Positions 37,444 to 39,536 of a DNA stretch of 39,536 nt are shown here, piece after piece. Position numbers and translations under genes: made by a program. Position 1 is the stretch's first letter; each line of letters starts with the position of its first letter. The DNA is from a virus (taxonomy: Duplodnaviria; Caudoviricetes), in IMG/VR virus record IMGVR_UViG_3300048886_000261, positions 1 to 39,536 of that record. The stretch is one strand, 5' to 3'. The notes under the pieces were generated by a model. The model was not told the DNA's origin. It ran no database searches and worked only from the letters and a program-made list of their open reading frames with translations.

Positions 37444-37887
37444 TTACCTCCTTAATAGATTAATAAAACTTATTACACCCTTGGTTACTGCATCATAGTC
37501 ATCGTCTGCTTGTATTAAAAGATCATCATGCCTAGCCTTCCACTCTTCACCATCCATGTGGTCAGTAAGCAGATCATCGTACTCACTCCGCAATACTCTA
37601 TGCTTCTCAAGCAATATGTTTCTATCATTAAGCAAGTGCTGGTACTTCTGTTCTAATGAACGATCTCTTACATACATATCACCTGACCGTGCATCTTCCC
37701 ACTTCAGGTCACCACCATGTCCATACTTCTTACCTTCTACTGGTTGCCTAGCCCTCCACTTGATCTCAAAGTGTGAAGGCTTGGAGTGATACTGTCGTAG
37801 ATCCCACATCATATCCTTGGGTACATTCTTAAGGACTGATGTGAGGTACTGTGGTTCTAACTTATCTGGACAATCTCTATCACTCAT
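37444..37887 (-). CDS. Hypothetical protein
   Basis: AAGGAG RBS; C-terminal coiled coil. Confidence 0.75.
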   Translation of the reverse strand: MSDRDCPDKLEPQYLTSVLKNVPKDMMWDLRQYHSKPSHFEIKWRARQPVEGKKYGHGGDLKWEDARSGDMYVRDRSLEQKYQHLLNDRNILLEKHRVLRSEYDDLLTDHMDGEEWKARHDDLLIQADDDYDAVTKGVISFINLLRR

Positions 37888-37911
37888 AGTATCTCCTTAG
37901 TTTAATTAGAA

Positions 37912-37938
37912 TAAAAACAGGGTGGCGTTATGCCACCC
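37912..37938 (-). terminator. Intrinsic terminator
   Basis: GGGTGGC-ATAAC-GCCACCC followed by TGTTTTT. Confidence 0.75.
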
Positions 37939-37954
37939 CATCTCTATTAATAAT

Positions 37955-38524
37955 CTATTGCTTGTCTACTTCATCTACAGTTGCATCATCTGCATATACC
38001 TCACCATTATGGAATCCTTCCATGACCATGTCACGTCCCAACTCCATAGCTTCATCCTCAGTAGATGCCTCTATGTCTTGTATGCTGAACTCACAAGTAC
38101 CAGTAACATTAAACTTATACTGAAACCCATAGTCTTGTAACTTCTCACACAATGCAGTAAACGCATCAGATAATAGCTCCATATCATTAGCACACATGTT
38201 GTTGTTGTTGTCGTGATACTCCATGTCTACTATGAGTCCTATGTCAGCACGCACACTATTCATGCAAGTTACAAACTTAGCCTTGAGATCTGTGAAGTCA
38301 GCTTGCAAATCATCTTGCTCAATGTATTGTATCTGATCCATATCTAATTCTTTTAGCTTACGTTCATGTGCTTGCACAGTAGTACGAGATGCAGATAAAC
38401 TATTAGTTAACTCTGTTACCTGTCTCTTTAGTTTATCCACTTCCTCATTATGTCGCTTTGTTATTACATGCAATGCGTCTACTGTTGGTACTGACTGTGT
38501 GTCTGTTGGATTGTGAAATTCCAT
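37955..38524 (-). CDS. Hypothetical acidic coiled-coil protein
   Basis: 189 aa; AAGGAG RBS. Confidence 0.75.
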   Translation of the reverse strand: MEFHNPTDTQSVPTVDALHVITKRHNEEVDKLKRQVTELTNSLSASRTTVQAHERKLKELDMDQIQYIEQDDLQADFTDLKAKFVTCMNSVRADIGLIVDMEYHDNNNNMCANDMELLSDAFTALCEKLQDYGFQYKFNVTGTCEFSIQDIEASTEDEAMELGRDMVMEGFHNGEVYADDATVDEVDKQ

Positions 38525-38558
38525 GATAATACTCCTTTCGTTAGGTTATTAAAGTTAA

Positions 38559-38792
38559 CTACTCATGATCACTACACTTATCAACGCCAGAATATATACA
38601 CTCTGACTCTTTTGTTATAACCCTCCTATACTCATCCTTCTTCTTAATTATATCTTGCAACTTATTAAACTCCTTCTGTATCTTCATGTACCTTAAGACT
38701 GCATCCTCTACCATCTCTAATGCTTTTACATTACACTCCTCAGATTTCTCTGCTTGTTTCAATACCATATCTAATGCATCTTCAAGTGTCAT
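38559..38792 (-). CDS. Hypothetical protein
   Basis: GAGGAGG RBS region; helical. Confidence 0.65.
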   Translation of the reverse strand: MTLEDALDMVLKQAEKSEECNVKALEMVEDAVLRYMKIQKEFNKLQDIIKKKDEYRRVITKESECIYSGVDKCSDHE

Positions 38793-38979
38793 CTTCATCC
38801 TCCTCTTCATAAAATGTTTTAGGATCTACCTTCCTATCTTCATGCTTGTGGTGGAACATCATCATGTACCAATTCTTATTACTCAAATTGGCACACCACT
38901 TACATGACCTGTACTTCTCACCATCATCACGATAGTCTTTTACTGTTGCTTCATACTGCATACACACTTCACACTTCAC
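38782..38979 (-). CDS. Small zinc-finger protein
   Basis: CEVC...CKWC; GTG start coupled to the upstream stop. Confidence 0.65.
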   Translation of the reverse strand: MKCEVCMQYEATVKDYRDDGEKYRSCKWCANLSNKNWYMMMFHHKHEDRKVDPKTFYEEEDEDDT

Positions 38980-39536
38980 TAACTCACCCCCTTTATTTTA
39001 TTAGGTGGGTACACTACGGTGTTGACCTTCGGGTCATAACAGTAGGTACATTCAAGACAGGCATTGCCTTGATACTTAGCTCTACACTTCTTGGTACTCT
39101 CAGTGTCTATCACATCATCATATCTGTCCTGTGTATAGACAACTGATCTATACTTGAACTCCTTCATAGGTAACTGGTTCACCTTTGGTGATGATACCCT
39201 GAAGATAATGTTAGGTGGTATATCCTTCACCTTCCTTAACATACTACGCAACCAACCATACTCCTTGGTAGGACACCAGAACTTTTGATCCCTACATCTG
39301 CGTGCTACCTCTACCCACATGAAGAACTCAAGTTCTGATACCGCATCACCACCATCCTTGATCCTCACCTTGGTGATACCCATAGTTTGTTTCTTCTTAC
39401 CTATAATGAAAGACATGATCTCTGCTACCCTTGGGTAACCCATGTCATCCAAGGCAGAGATCAACAGCTCTGTATTCCTACGGTACGACAGCTTAACGTT
39501 CTTCCTGAAATTACACAGCCTCATAGAATAACAGAA
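38979..39536 (-). CDS. Gp88-like (radical-SAM-related) phage protein, 5' end outside window
   Basis: Frame is open to the window edge (FCYS...); RIKDGGD, FWCPTKE, PPNIIFRVS, C...CLECTYCYD. Confidence 0.7.
   Translation of the reverse strand, partial: FCYSMRLCNFRKNVKLSYRRNTELLISALDDMGYPRVAEIMSFIIGKKKQTMGITKVRIKDGGDAVSELEFFMWVEVARRCRDQKFWCPTKEYGWLRSMLRKVKDIPPNIIFRVSSPKVNQLPMKEFKYRSVVYTQDRYDDVIDTESTKKCRAKYQGNACLECTYCYDPKVNTVVYPPNKIKGVS

Larger units (their letters stand above)
1..39536. mobile_element. Tailed dsDNA bacteriophage genome segment (podovirus-like, possibly temperate)
   Basis: Tail fibre, ejection proteins, terminase, spanins, endolysin, DnaB, SSB and exonuclease in dense, translationally coupled operons; no cellular housekeeping genes. 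Confidence 0.97.

Noticed and set aside
32952-37938. Two hairpins sharing GGTGGC/GCCACC arms as a protein-binding operator
   Set aside because: The arm order is opposite in the two, and both are explained as intrinsic terminators
297-39146. Many antisense or nested ORFs in the six-frame track (e.g. 810-1217, 17350-17841, 30668-31105, 32145-32756)
   Set aside because: Shadow ORFs of well-supported genes; no motifs or RBS
1-39536. tRNA or rRNA genes
   Set aside because: No cloverleaf with a T-loop consensus found in the few intergenic gaps by eye; tRNAscan-SE/ARAGORN would be decisive

Overview
The whole window is part of a tailed dsDNA phage genome with a podovirus-like ejection module, an AT-rich sequence and a marine-type gene set. 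Overlapping spanins point to a Gram-negative host. Two arms converge at 26195-26198. The + arm (1-26198) is late: tail fibre (5' end outside the window), two 2OG-Fe(II) oxygenases, holin/spanin genes, two GNAT-fold genes, five ejection proteins (one with a lytic transglycosylase, one with an ADP-ribosyltransferase-like domain) and the packaging module. The - arm (39536-26195) is early/replication: gp88-like protein, DNA methyltransferase, DUF932, YqaJ exonuclease, gp2.5-like SSB, tyrosine recombinase, DnaB, Holliday junction resolvase and a peptidase M15 endolysin. Top findings: (1) the terminase large subunit is split into two genes in permuted order, with the nuclease half upstream of terS and the ATPase half. 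An apparently nuclease-dead copy of the nuclease domain lies between them. (2) About 4,500 aa of ejection proteins contain only two cysteines, and these flank the junction of the two largest genes. (3) A structured intergenic RNA lies downstream of ssb. Family assignments come from motif recognition by eye; no searches were run.
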